Part shown: piece after piece, positions 39,536 to 52,774 of the stretch
Position numbering within the stretch: position 1 is the first letter of the stretch
Layout of the letters: every line of letters begins with the position of its first letter
Assembly: GCA_951406725.2 (NCBI GenBank)
Contig: OX597815.1
Location: 130,696,001-130,760,000, forward strand
Direction of reading: 5' to 3'
DNA: 64,000 nucleotides
Source of the DNA: Octopus vulgaris
Lineage: Eukaryota
Notes under the pieces: model-generated
Database searches by the model: none
What the model saw: only the letters and a program-made list of their open reading frames with translations
What the model was told of the DNA's origin: nothing
Translations under genes and position numbers: made by a program

Positions 39536-42500
39536 ATTGCATCCAAGAAGTAAGGTGGAGAGGCGGTTCTGCTAGGTTCCTCACAGGCAAAGGACACAGA
39601 TACAAGATTTTCTGGGCAGGAAACACTGACGGGGTTGGAGGCGTGGGTATACTTCTCGCTGAAAAATGGGTAGATAAGATACTTGAGGTAATCAGAGTAA
39701 GTGACAGAATACTTAAGATTAGAATAGTGCTTCATCATGGATTAGCAACCATTATATCGGCCTATGCCCCTCAGCCAGGGCTACCCGATGGACAGAAAGA
39801 CCAATTCTATGACGCCTTACTGCAGACTAACTCGTTGACGAACGACAGAGACCTTCTCTTTGTGGCTGGTGATTTCAATGGGCATGTTGGACGACATGCT
39901 GGGGGCTTCCATGGTGTACATGGAGGCTATGGCTATGGTTCCCGCAACGAGGAGGGAACCAGGCTCCTGGAGTTCTGCGACGCAAATGATCTCATGGTTT
40001 GCAACACTAACTTCAGGAAACCTACCAGCCACCTAGTCACCTACCGATCGGGTCGACATACCAGCCAAATTGACTACATCCTTGCCAGGAAAAGGGAAAG
40101 ATGGCTGCTTATCAATGCGAAAACCTTCCCAGGCAAAGAATGTACCCCACAACATAGACTGGTAGTTAGTGACTTTAGGATCAGGACTAAGAGGACGACC
40201 AGAAGACGACCAACATGGAGAAGATGGATCTGGAAGCTTAAAGATCCTGCAAATGGACAGAGATTTAGGGACATATTACTTGAAGCCTTTGACGAAGTAG
40301 AAGGGCATAGAGCATCACAGGGGGTAGAAGACAACTGGACGTTTCTAAGGGACAACCTGCTGAGAGCCACTGACCAGATCTGTGGCTGGTGCAAAGTCCC
40401 CTCTCAACCTAGAATAACGTGGTGGTGGAACAATGTTGTAGACAGGGCTATTAGAGAAAAGAGACAGGCTTGGAAGGACTGGAAAAATGGGGGTAGCAGG
40501 GAATTGTATCAGACTGCGAAAAGAGAAGCTAGGAGACAGGTTTATTTAGCCAGAGGGGAAGCAGATAAGAAAAAGTTTGCCAATGTTCTGCGCCGTGAGG
40601 ACGAAAGACTTGAGGTATTTTGCGTTGCAAGACAGTGTGTAAGAGAGAATCGTGATGTGGTAGGAGAGAAATGTGTCTGCATGGATGATGGTTCACTTGC
40701 GCTAAATGAGGATGCAAAGAGAGAGGTGTGGAGACGCCACTATGAAATGTTGCTGAATGAAGAAAATGAATGGGATAAAGAGAGTTTGCCGAATGTCGAC
40801 CCCAACAGAGGGACCAGCTATCCGATTTGACAGTTCCTTGGTAATTGAGGCAATTAGAAGCATGAAGACAGGGAAAGCCCCAGGCCCATCAGGTATTACT
40901 GCAAAGATGCTCAAAATATCTGGTAGTGTCGGCTATAGCCTAGTCACCCGTATAGTTAACCAGGTAATACACGAAGGAGTCATATCCAATGACTGGTGTA
41001 GCAGCATAATAGTCAACTGCTACAAAGGTAAAGGTGACGCCCTAGATACAAATAATTACAGAGGTATCAAGCTGTTGGATCAGGTAATGAAGGTTACGGA
41101 GAGGGTCATAGCCCAACTAATTAGAGAGAGAGTTAATTTAGATGAGATGCAGTTTGGACTCGTGCCAGGGAAAAGCACCACTGATGCCATATTCCTGGTA
41201 AGACAGCTGCAGGAGAAATATCTAGCCAAAGATAAGCCCCTGTACCTGGCATTCATTGACATGGAGAAAGCTTTCGACAGGGTCCCCCGATCCCTTATCT
41301 AGTGGTCAATGAAGAAACTAGGGATAGATGAATGGTTAGTGAGAGCTGTGCAAGCCATGTACAGGGACGCTGCTAGTAAGGTGAGGGTTGGCTACGAGTA
41401 CAGTGAAGAATTCCGGGTAGAGGTAGGGGTCCACCACGGTTCAGCCCTCAGCCCCCTCCTATTTATCGTAGTCCTCCAGGCAATAACGGAGGAATTCAAG
41501 ACAGGATGCCCCTGGGAGCTCCTCTATGCTGATGACCTTGCTCTAATTGCTGAGTCACTATCAGAACTGGAGGAGAAGTTTCAGGTGTGGAAGCAAGGAT
41601 TAGAATCGAAGGGCCTTAGAGTCAACCTAGCTAAAACCAAAGTCCTAACAAGTAAGAAGGTAGACAAGTCACAAACGCCTTCAGGTAGATGGCCTTGCTC
41701 GATCTGTAGAAAAGGTGTAGGTAGAAACTCTATAAGATGCACCAAGTGTAAGCTATGGACACACAAGAGGTGCAGCAACGTCAAGGGAAGGCTAACTAGG
41801 AAGATAGTTTTTGTATGTGGCAGATGCTCAGGAGCAATAAACACTGAAAATGCGCAGAGAGCAACTTCCGCCACATTCCAGGGAGAAAAACTAGAAATAG
41901 TTGATAGCTTCCGTTACCTAGGTGACCAAGTCAGTAGCGGGGGCAGGTGTGTTGAAAGTGTAACTGCTAAAGTAAGAATAGCTTGGGCAAAGTTCAGAGA
42001 GCTCTTACCTCTGCTAGGGACAAAAGGCCTCTCGCTCAGAGTAAAAGGTAGACTGTATGATGCTTGTGTACGAACAGCCATGCTACATGGCAGTGAAACA
42101 TGTGCCGTGACTGCTGGGGATATGCTTCAGCTCGCAAGAAATGAAGCCAGTATGCTCCGATGGATGTGTAATGTCAGTGTTCATACTCGACAGAGTGTAA
42201 GTACCTTGAGAGAGAAGTTGGACCTAAGAAGCATCAATTGCGGTGTGCAAGAGAGACGTTTGCGCTGGTATGGCCATGTGGCGAGAATGGATGAAGATAG
42301 TTGTGTGAAAAAGTGCCACACCCTAGCTGTTGAGGGAACCTGTGGAAGAGGCAGACCCAGGAAAACCTGGGACGAGGTGGTGAAGCACGACCTTTGAACT
42401 TTAGGTCTCACCGAGGAAATGACTAGAGACCAAGACCTTTGGAAGTATGCTGTGCATGAGAAGACCCGGCAGGACAAGTGAGACCATTCACCCATGGCCT

Positions 42501-43010
42501 CAGTGCACTTATGCATACCTTTCCTTCTTGGGACACAAAACCCTACTTGTGAAGACCTGTTGAGGCAAGTGAAAATCAAAAAATCAAAAATCAAAATCGA
42601 TCAACAGGAATGGAAATTGTAGCTGTGATACCAGTGCTGGTGGCACATAAGAGAACCATCCGAATGTGGCCGTTGCCAGTGCCACCCTGACTGGCTTCCG
42701 TGCCGGTGGCATGTAAAAAGCACCATCCGATCGTGGCCGTTGCCAGCCTCGCCTAGCCTCCGTGCCGGTGGCACATAAAAAGCACCATCCGACCGCGGTC
42801 GTTTACCAGCCTCGCCTGGCACCTGTGCCGGTGGCACGTAAAAAGCACCCACTACACTCATGGAGTGGTTGGCATTAGGAAGGGCATCCAGCCGTAGAAA
42901 CATTGCCAGATCAGACTGGGCCTGGTGCAGCCTTCTGGCTTCCCAGACCCCAGTTGCACCGTCCAACCCATGCCAGCATAGAAAGCGGACGCTAAATGAT
43001 GATGATGATG
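39536..43010 (+). mobile_element. RTE-clade LINE, 5'-truncated, with minisatellite-containing 3' UTR and (GAT)n tail
   Basis: APE endonuclease (CIQEVRW, AYAP, GDFNGHVG, QIDYIL), RT (KAPGPSG, QFG, DMEKAFD, YADD), C-terminal RGRPRKTW. Confidence 0.93.
39538..42481 (+). pseudogene. Disrupted EN-RT polyprotein of the RTE LINE, with PHD-type zinc finger
   Basis: ORFs 39643-40830, 40757-41302 and 41309-42397 join across one frameshift (~40800) and two stops (41300 TAG, 42395 TGA); probable natural stop at 42479-42481. Confidence 0.9.
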
Positions 43011-44722
43011 AATTCAAAACAATGTGAATAAATAAGCATTACTTTTGACAGAATAATATGAAGTATAAACGGTTACTTTTGAATCGAATTTAAAGTTTAT
43101 TTTCTTTGTAACAGTCAAGATATTTCCTATATAAACAGAAAAAAAAGCAAAACTGAATCTGTTAGCCTTTAGATAATAGTTACTATATCTGTTAGAAAGC
43201 CAGGCAAATCTACCTCAGATCACTTCTGACCAACTTAAGAAAAAAAAGGGTCATATTAGCTAAAGTGGTCCTAGATATATTATAGCTAAAAAAATTTTTT
43301 TTAAAGTGTATTAATCAGGGTTGACCTACAGTTCAACAAGAACACTAACAAGACATACAATTCCATCAACAAAAGAATAGCTAACCAATAGAAGTGGTTT
43401 TTGCATAACCTCTCAAGCTGTAAGAAACAGTAACCAAATCTCATAAACACACCAATCAGTTCAACAGGGAGGAAGTTAAATGCCAGGTGTTAAGAGATTC
43501 AGGTATTAAAGAAAGAGATGAGAACACATTTGTTGCTGCAGAAGAGATACATAGCCACCCCACACTATATAAGAATGAGTGGGAGCAACTGGCGTGGAGC
43601 TGGAAGGAGTGATAAAGATGGTGCTGATGAAGCGTCAGAGCATACTCTCAAAGGACAAGAAGGTGATTGAAAGAGAGGTTGGGAGCTAAAGATTGTTATA
43701 TGTGAGGTATTATAGTTGCTTTGGCCAGAAAAATAAACAGTTGTCATCTCATGGCTGGGTACTAATTAAGCAGTTATTCAACTTCAGATTTGAAGATTCA
43801 ATAATCCATATATGTGAATAATTGTGCAAGACCTGTTCATCTTCTGTTAAATATACAGAAATTAAAAACTTTTTATATGCTCGCACACACAGTAGATCTA
43901 CATTTGTGTCACTTTTCATCAGTTTTGTTATTAATTATCTAAATGGTTATATTGAAAAACTGGGGTCTTTCAGATAACATGACCGGCAAAAATAATACAT
44001 TTTTCAAATTCCATCAATAAACAGAGCAGTAAAAAAGATGAAATGAAATGAAATGTTTTGCTAAAATTCAACAAGTAACTTTACCATTGTTATCGAAATT
44101 CCAGCAATGGAGCTTTGTTATTTTGTTATAAACTAGCCTCTTCTTTATAGAAAACAAAAATTCAAAGAATTAAAAATAGATGCTCACACCCCCATGAAAA
44201 AAAAAGGAAAGAAGGAAAAAGAAAACAGTGAAACCAAAACAATTAATAGCATGGTAACATAGAAAACAAGCAGTGATAAGCTGACTTCACTTTACAACAG
44301 CTGTTATTTTATCGGAGAAATTAAAGAAGATAATGATGACTTCCCCAAGGAATAAGGAAAACTAACAAAAGAAAGAAAAAAAACTAATGATAATAATCCA
44401 CCCACCACATGTTAGAAAAAATCCAAGAAAAACCTGAAAATCAGCACTGTTGGTTCATATGTGTAGGTGTAAATTAAATTGGAGATATTATCGAGTCATA
44501 TCTAATTTAAAACAAGTCACATTCTGTGAAGTAAATCTAATCACTAGCCTGAAAATATTGTTTAAAATGCAAGAGAATAAGCTTTCAATTATACACAAAT
44601 GACTGAATAAAGCATTGATTGAAAAATAATGAGCTGACAATATCTATAAAGCATCACTTCATTCAATAACTCTCTAACCTGATCCTGCACATAATCTTTT
44701 TGTTTTTGCTTTTCATTTAGCT

Positions 44723-45346
44723 CAGTGGTTTTCAACCAGGCACCATATAACTTTGGGCAATTCCAAGATTTTTTTGTTAAAATTTATGTGCTGCAATTTC
44801 TATAATACACAAAATATTTTAATCTTTCATGAACAATTCTTAATAATGTTTAATTATAAAAAATATGGTAGGATCTTTTTTTCACCATCATCATAGTTTA
44901 GCGTCCGTTTTCCGCGCTAGCACGGGTTGGACGGTTCGACCGGGATCTGGGAAGCCAGGGGCTGCACCAGGCTCCAGTCTGATCTGGCAGTGTTTCTACA
45001 GCTGGATGCCCTTCCTAACACCAACCACTCCGCGAGTGTAGTGGGCGCTTTTTACGTGCCACCTGCACAGGTGCCAGGGGAGTCTGGCATCGGCCACGAT
45101 TGGTTGGTGCTTTTAACGTGCCACCGGCACAGAAGCCAGCCGAGGTGGCGCTGGCATCGGCTACGTTCGGATGGTGCTTTTTATGTGTCACCGGCACAGA
45201 AGCCAGTCGAGGCGGTGCTGGCATCAGCCACGTTCAGACGGTGCTTTTTATGTGCCACCGGCACAGAAGCCAGTCGAGGCGATGCTGGCATCAGCCACGT
45301 TCAGATGGTGCTTTTTATGTGCCACCGGCACAGAAGCCAGTCGAGG

Positions 45347-45401
<55 letters not shown>

Positions 45402-45471
45402 CATCAAATGGCCATAGAGGTTCAATAGGAATCAAATAGGCCCATAGGTACAAAATAGTTGAGAACCACCG
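44723..45471. mobile_element. hAT (Charlie/Buster-like) MITE containing an RTE-tail repeat (44883-45350, minus strand)
   Basis: TIRs cagtggttttcaac / gttgagaaccaccg; perfect 8-bp TSD ATTTAGCT at 44715-44722 and 45472-45479. Confidence 0.88.
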
Positions 45472-45691
45472 ATTTAGCTTCTTGGACAATGGAGGGACAA
45501 AGCACATGGAATGTATTTCTTCCAGAGCCTCTAAATATCGGAGTGGGTGGACAAATGCACTGATTCCACCCATTTATGTTCAGTTTGAATTGATGCAGGG
45601 TAAAAATGAAGATTTCAATCAAGGTTCATGAACAATATAGTTTTAGGGGAAGTTTGATCACCCAGTCAGCTAGAAACCATACACTATCATC

Positions 45692-45942
45692 TTACCCTTT
45701 TTGATGCCATCCTTCCTGAGACTACTTCTGACTCTATGATACAAATTTCTTGATTTAGAACAGAAAATTTGAACCATGATATAATCTAAATGAAAAACTT
45801 CCAACAAAATTTCACATTGATTTAGGTTTCAGACAGCAGTAAAATAATGAGCAAGTTATTTTACAAAATTCTTATTTATTCTTGAAATTAACTGAAAGAA
45901 AGACAGTATATTTCGACAGAAATAGGGTTATGAAAGGGCTAA
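45692..45942. mobile_element. Degenerate MITE with piggyBac-like (TTAA)CCCTTT ends; related copy at ~54956-55170
   Basis: ttaccctttt...gaaagggctaa ends; shared internal cctgagac.ac and aaaatttca..tt.attt. Confidence 0.5.
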
Positions 45943-46093
45943 AAAGATTCAGATGCCTGAAGGTAAAAAAAAAAAGACGAGATCATAGTTGGAATGCCTT
46001 TCAACATCTGTACCCAAGGATCAGAGTTAAATCTTGAAGAGGAGTTAAATAACAAACAGCTTCATTAACATTATCGCGAGATATGAGCTAAAC

Positions 46094-46490
46094 TAGGAGT
46101 GGCTGTGTGGTAAGTAGCTTGCTTATGAACCACATGGTTCCAGGCTCAGTCCCATTGCGTGGTACCTTGGGCAAGTGTCTTCTACTATAGTCTTGTGAGT
46201 GGATTTGGTAGACGGAAACTGAAAGAAGCCTGTCATATATATGTATGTAGGTTTGTGTGTGTATGTTTGTGTGTCTGTATTTGTCCCCCCCACCCCAACA
46301 TTGCTTGACAACCGATGCTGTTGTGTTTACATCCCCGTAACTTAGCGGTTCGGCAAAAGAGACCAGTACTAGGCTTACAAAGAATAAGTCCTGGGGTCAA
46401 TTTGCTCGACTAAAGGCAGTGCTCCAGCATGGTCAGAGTTAAATGAATGAAACAAGTAAACGAGTAAAAGAGTAAGAGAGAGAGAGAGTA
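46094..46490 (+). mobile_element. SINE family A
   Basis: Near-full copy. Confidence 0.9.
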
Positions 46491-46999
46491 AACACTAAAG
46501 AAGGTTTGATATAATTCTAATTATTAATATATGATTTGAAAAGTACATTGAGTAGCAAGTTTGAAAGCCAAGTTTAGTACTACAGTAGCTTTAGTAGTTC
46601 TGAAATTAGACCAAATTTTTTAATAATGTCTGAAAATAGTAGAGGTTACAAAGTACAGTTAATAATTGTTCCAAATTCTGAGTACCAGATATAGATAAAA
46701 ATAAGTAGTGTTAAGAAAGGTAAAGAGATAATAGAGAAAACAAATTTTTAAAAAATTATAGAGAATTGAATAAATACAGATTCACTGAAAGATAAAGTTA
46801 TTATTCACATAACTTCCATCTTGGTGAATAGTTAAATTCTATTTCTAGAATAAAAAAGGCTTCTTCAGAAAGTCAATAAATTGGCTATTTTCCACTAAAT
46901 ATTCTATTCATAACAATCATTTAGTTAAAAAAAAACAAAAAGAACAGTGTAAAGGCAACAGAGAAGTTCAGAATTATGAAGAAGCTCTTAATCATTTGT

Positions 47000-47238
47000 A
47001 CAGTTTGTTCAAAAAGTCTCTCTGCAGTGAGTATTTTATTGCAAAATAAATATTTTATAAGCTGGTATAAGACTGTAAAAGAATATATTAGGCTTTACAA
47101 GACTTTAAAAAAACATTATAAGAGGTGTTAAAAGTGTCATCCTTCATTTCAATACATAAGTTGACTCAGTGATAGCCAAGTTGCGCATGCACAGGATGAC
47201 AAAAGTTCACTGTGGAGAGACTTTTTGAACATGCCTCA
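47000..47238. mobile_element. Tc1/mariner-type MITE
   Basis: Inverted repeats gttcaaaaagtctctctgcagtga / tcactgtggagagactttttgaac, TA-flanked. Confidence 0.7.
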
Positions 47239-48399
47239 TATTGTAGTTCATTAGCACTATAACTCCTGGGTAAAACTGACATAACAAATTGGATAAGATG
47301 CTGGATTATCAGCTCATATGTCTGGAAATTGTAACCACTGTAAATGATTTGTTGTGTATGCAGCGACTAGTTAATTCTACTTGTCTACATGTCCTAGCTG
47401 TCAAGAACTGGTTATCACATCTTCTACTAATATCACCCAAAATAGACTGGCATTCAATCCAGACAAATAGTCTTATCTGTTTCCTTAACAGCATAAAACT
47501 AACTAACCTTTAAAAGCCTCTTGCAGATTAGGAGACAGTTACATTATTTTTCTTTCTTACTTTTTAATTTTCTTTTTTCATACATACTCATTGAGATATC
47601 ACTCAAGACAATCTCTATTTAATAATGCAACTAAGAATATACTGGGATGGTGTCACACTGCCTGCTTCAGACCCATATCTGTAGCTTAATATATGTGATA
47701 AATTTATAAATGGAAAGGAGGTAGGAATGATATTGAATGCATAAATTGATATGGCCATTCTGCTAAATTGTTTTACTAAATCATGTTAGGGGATGAATAG
47801 ATTTTAAATGCATATTTAACAAGTATCAATAACTATTATGGAAATAAATTCAGAGAGAGAGAGAGAAAGAGAAGTAAAAGAAATATGAATTACAACCACA
47901 GTAAAATCAATAGAAAAATTTTTTTCATGCTATGTTAGCAAAAGATTTAGAACAAAGCAAAAGTAAGCCAAAAGAAAACCACTTAATTCCTTTTGGGGAT
48001 TTATCTTCTCCAAATCTGGCCATTACATAATGTGAAAAAAGGAAAAAGATTATTTCAATTTTTCAAAATAGATATTATTGGAAGACAGCTTGTGATGACA
48101 ATGCGTCTTACATAATCCCTGTTCCTTTCCAGATGTTAAAGAAGGGGATGAGAAAGGATAACAGATTGATGTTATCGTTTTGCACAAGAAACAGGAGCCA
48201 TGTCATCATAACCTTAGAAATACAAGGAAAAAGTCAACTAAAAGAAAAAGCAGAAATCTGTGAAGAAAACTGATCATAATCTTAATAAAAAGAAGACAAT
48301 ATACTTTTCTCAGTGCCCCTTTTACTAGTTTCAGTCATTGTTGTGAAGTCATGGTAGGGTGCTGTCTTCAAGAGTTTTAGTCAATTAAATTGTTTTATC

Positions 48400-48920
48400 T
48401 GGTACCAGTGCCCCCTGACTGGCTCTGTGCTGGTGTCATGTAAAAAGCACCATCCGAACATGGCTGATGCCAGTGCCCCCCAACTGGCTCCCGTGTTGGT
48501 GGGACGTAAAAAGCACTATCCAAACATGATCGATGCCAGGGCTGCCTGACTGGCTCCTGTGCCGGAGGCATGTAAAAAGCACTATCTGAACATGATCGAT
48601 GCCAGGGCCCCATGACTAGCTCCCGTGCCAGTAGCACATAAAGTGCACCATCTGAATGTGGTTGATGCCAGTGCCCCCTGACTGGCTCCTGTGCTGGTGG
48701 TATGTAAAAAGCACTATCCAAACATGATTGCTACCAGTGCTGGTGGTATGTAAAAAGCACCCACAAGACTCTCGGAGTGGTTGGTGTTAGGAAGGGTATC
48801 CAGCTGTAGAAACATTGCCAGATCAGATTGGAGCCTGGTGCAGCTACTGGCTTTCCAGACCTCAGTCAAACCATCTAACCCAAGCCAGCATGGAAAGCAG
48901 ATGTTAAACGATGATGATAA
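48400..48920 (+). mobile_element. RTE 3'-end derived repeat with ~60-bp tandem units
   Basis: About 5 units of taaaaagcac.atcc.aacatg...gccagtgccc, then ggaagggtatccagctgtagaaac and a gatgatgat tail. Confidence 0.85.
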
Positions 48921-49609
48921 CGCAAATGGCAAAGCTGATTGGGGATAAAAAGAAGTAGCTAAAACAAAATGTCACAGGTTATTTTTGCTTGATTCATTGA
49001 TTAATCTATTTCCCATGATACATATTCAACAGGTTCAGCAAAGTCACTGTCTACCAAATTTCACTCATAAAATTTGGATCACACCGGACCTATAGCAGAA
49101 AATATTTGTTCACGGTGCCTTTCAACAGGGTTGAATCAAAGACCATATGGTTGTAAAGCAAACTACTTCATGACACAGCCATGCCTGTATCTTAGCACAC
49201 TCACCAAAGGGACATTAAGTGTAGTCACCTTCAGTTGTTTAGTCTGTTTTAACCAAAAACAGAAATGTGCAATGGAAAACCATTTCTGTCATAAATTCTT
49301 AAGTCCCACAGAGAGACTGTTTATTATACCATTTATATTTTATATATAATCATGATGATCATCATTATTTAACATCCATATTCAATGCTAGCATGGGTTG
49401 GACAGTTTGGGATACATTAAGTCAAAGGACTGCATTGTACTCCAGTGTCTGCTTTGGCATGGTTTCTATGGCTGGATGCCCTTCCTAAGTCCAACCACTT
49501 CACAGTGTGCTGGGTACTTTTATTATGCCACCAGTACTAGTGACGTCATTATGTATCTTACAAATTAAGAAACACGGGTTAAGGTATGATCGAAGAGGTT
49601 AGTGTGTGC

Positions 49610-49666
<57 letters not shown>

Positions 49667-50089
49667 CTCTTTACTCTCTTTTACTTGTTTCAGTCATTTG
49701 ACTGCGGCCATGCTGGAGCACTGCCTTTAGTCGAGCAAATCGACCCCGGGACTTATTCTTTGTAAGCCCAGTACTTATTCTATTGGTCTCTTTTGCCGAA
49801 CCGCTAAGTGACGGGGACGTAAACACACCAGCATCTGTTGTCAAGCAATGCTAGGGAGACAAACACAAACACACAAACACATACACACAAACACATACAC
49901 ACACACATACACATATATATATATACAAATATACGACAGGCTTCTTTCAGTTTCTGTCTACCAAATCCACTCACAAGGCATTGGTCGGCCCGAGGCTATA
50001 GCAGAAGACACTTGCCCAAGATGCCACGCGGTGGGACTGAACCCGGAACCATGTGGTTGGTTAGGAAGCTACTTACCACACAGCCACTT
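49667..50089 (-). mobile_element. SINE family A, well preserved
   Basis: CpG-rich full copy on the minus strand. Confidence 0.92.
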
Positions 50090-50489
50090 CTAATAATCAT
50101 CATCATTTAACATCTATGCTGGATGGTTTGACCAGAGCTGGCAAGCTGGAAGGCTGCACCAGAATCCAAGGATGTTGTAATACATTACAGGTCACAACAC
50201 ACTTTTTGTATGTTTCTTTTTAGCATCAGAACGATGCCACACTGCTGGCAAGGTGAGCCAACAATCCCTCTGATTCAAGGTTTAATCTGTTTCAGGGTCA
50301 CTCATTTACAGCTGAGTGAACTGGAGCAACAGTGAAATGGAGTGTTTTGCTCAAGAACACAATGTGCTGCCTGGTTCAGGAAGTTGAACCCATAATCTAG
50401 TGATTATGAGTGCAACACCATAACTACTAGCCCACTCACCTACTTATGTGTGTGTGTGTATGTATGTACATATATATATACATACACAC

Positions 50490-50594
50490 ACGAGGGATGT
50501 ATGAAAAGTCTTGAGCTTCACAAAAAACAAAACATGGTACAAGACTTCAAGACTCAAAGGCTGTGAAGCCTCAAAACTTTTCATATACCACTCA
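50490..50594. mobile_element. Tiny mariner-type MITE
   Basis: cgagggatgtatgaaaagt / acttttcatataccactca inverted ends within a TA/CA tract. Confidence 0.55.
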
Positions 50595-50637
<43 letters not shown>

Positions 50638-52385
50638 CTGCATGTATTATGTGTATAAGTACAAAGTCAGAAGTCATCACTTGCAAGGGAGTATGCTTTT
50701 TCTAATTGTTTTAGGAGCCTGTGTAGGTAGAATCAGACAAAGGCATTCTCTCAGCCCTTTCCCCTTTTCACCAGCAGAACATCTAGAATGTGACAACTGG
50801 AGAGAGAAACGGCAGCTAAATCTTAGTAGACTGGAGCAACATTAAAGAATAATAAACAAGAAAGATAATGTGGCCTCTAAAAAAAAAATCCTCAAGCAAG
50901 TTGTATACTTTAAACTGAAAACTGAGAATGTCTCTTTTAGGAACCCATTTTGAATTAGGAGGAAACATTATAAGATTTTTAAAACTCAAAGTTATAGCCC
51001 CACACCAACCAATGATTTGTGAATGAATTTGGTGGATGGAAACTCTATGAAGCCCATCTCACACACACACAAGCATGAGTGTGTGCCTTTGTGTTTGAGT
51101 AGGACTCCCAGCCGGTATTTCACAACTAGAAGTGGTACTGGTTTGTTTACATCCCTTTAACTTAGCAGTTTTGACAAAAGAGGCTGCTAGGATAAGTACT
51201 GGGGAATGATTTGTTTGACTTAACTCTTCAAGGTGGGACAGCAGTATGGTTACAGTCCAATGACTGAAACAAGTAAAAGATAAAAAAATACTAAAAAATA
51301 CTAACAGGATTAACAAAAATATCCAAATTAAGTCTGCAATCTGGTTGACAGAAAATTCTATTTTTGGATTTTACTATCTTACTGCACAACTTTAATAGAA
51401 TATATCACATGTGCATGCAAAAAAAAATATCATTTGAAGATTTCTTTTGATAGGAGATAAATCAACAATTGCATTATTAAATACATTACTGCTTTAGAGA
51501 TCTGTCGGTTGGCTTAGCATGACTCACCAACAACAAACAGTCTGGCAATGTATCAACCTCAATATAGTATCACGAAGGAAGCCTCTATGTGGCTATTTGA
51601 TTTGCTAGAAATAGTAGCTAAATTTCCTTTAAAATCATACCTACCCAACAGTATTCAAAACAAAAATGATACAGTAATCACTTGACTATTGTAGGTATTA
51701 TGTTCCAAAAGCCTGCAATAGGTGAAAATCTGAAGTAGAAACAGTACTGTACTGTATTTTATTATTATTATAATTTGCATATATGTTTTATTATTTTTGT
51801 ATATTTAAGCTTTTATAAACTCTCCCCACACTCTTAGGAGTACTCGTGTCTTCTCCTTTTTTGCCTCCCGAGTTTCGTTTTCCATACAGTATGTGCGATT
51901 CTTTGTTTACTCATTTACAGTACACTATGTATTTTCTTTTAATATATTTTAGTGAATGTGTTATACAGTGCAGTACTGTACTGTATTTTCATTTATAAAT
52001 TTTTAGGCATGAAAATGCTCATTTTACCACAGAAATAATTAAAACCTAAAAAAAATATAAATACTTGCAATATATTGAGGAGTCGCCAATGCAAATTTAC
52101 ATATATTAACCAAAAAAATCTGCAATGTACTGAGGGCATGATAGGTGAACAGCGAAATCATGTACATTGAATGTGACTACCCAATTAATAAAAAGGGTAG
52201 AATAATACTTTCCATCATAGATCTGCACAATCTGGTATGACATGGAACTAAATAGTGCAGCACAGAAGGAATAAACTTCTCACATGAACATAATGATGTG
52301 AATGAGAAGTTCTGAAATAAGATGTTCAATTGAGACAAACTAAAATCCATTTGAAGAATGAAAATATTGGAACATGCTATACTAT

Positions 52386-52774
52386 ACTCTTTGCTCTTTT
52401 ACTTGTTTCAGTCATTTGACTGTGGCCATGCTGGAGCACCGCCTTTAATCGAGCAACTCGAACCAGGCACTTATTCTTTGTAAGCCCAGTACTTATTCTA
52501 TTGGTCTGTTTTGCCGAACCGCTAAGTGATGGGGATATAAACACACCAGCATTGGTTGTCAAGCAATGCTAGGGAGACAAACACAGACACATACATATAT
52601 ATACATATATACGACGGGCTTCTTTCAGTTTCCATCTACCAAATCAACTCACAAGGTTTGGTCGGCCCGAGGCTATAGTAGAAGACACTTGCCCAAGGTG
52701 CCACGCAGTGGGACTGAACCCGGAACCATGTGGTTGGTAAACAAGCTACTTACCATACAGCCACTCCTGCACCT
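52386..52774 (-). mobile_element. SINE family A
   Basis: Full copy on the minus strand. Confidence 0.9.

Noticed and set aside
51670-52165. Possible pogo/Tigger-like MITE (tacagtaatc... start)
   Set aside because: The right TIR could not be identified.
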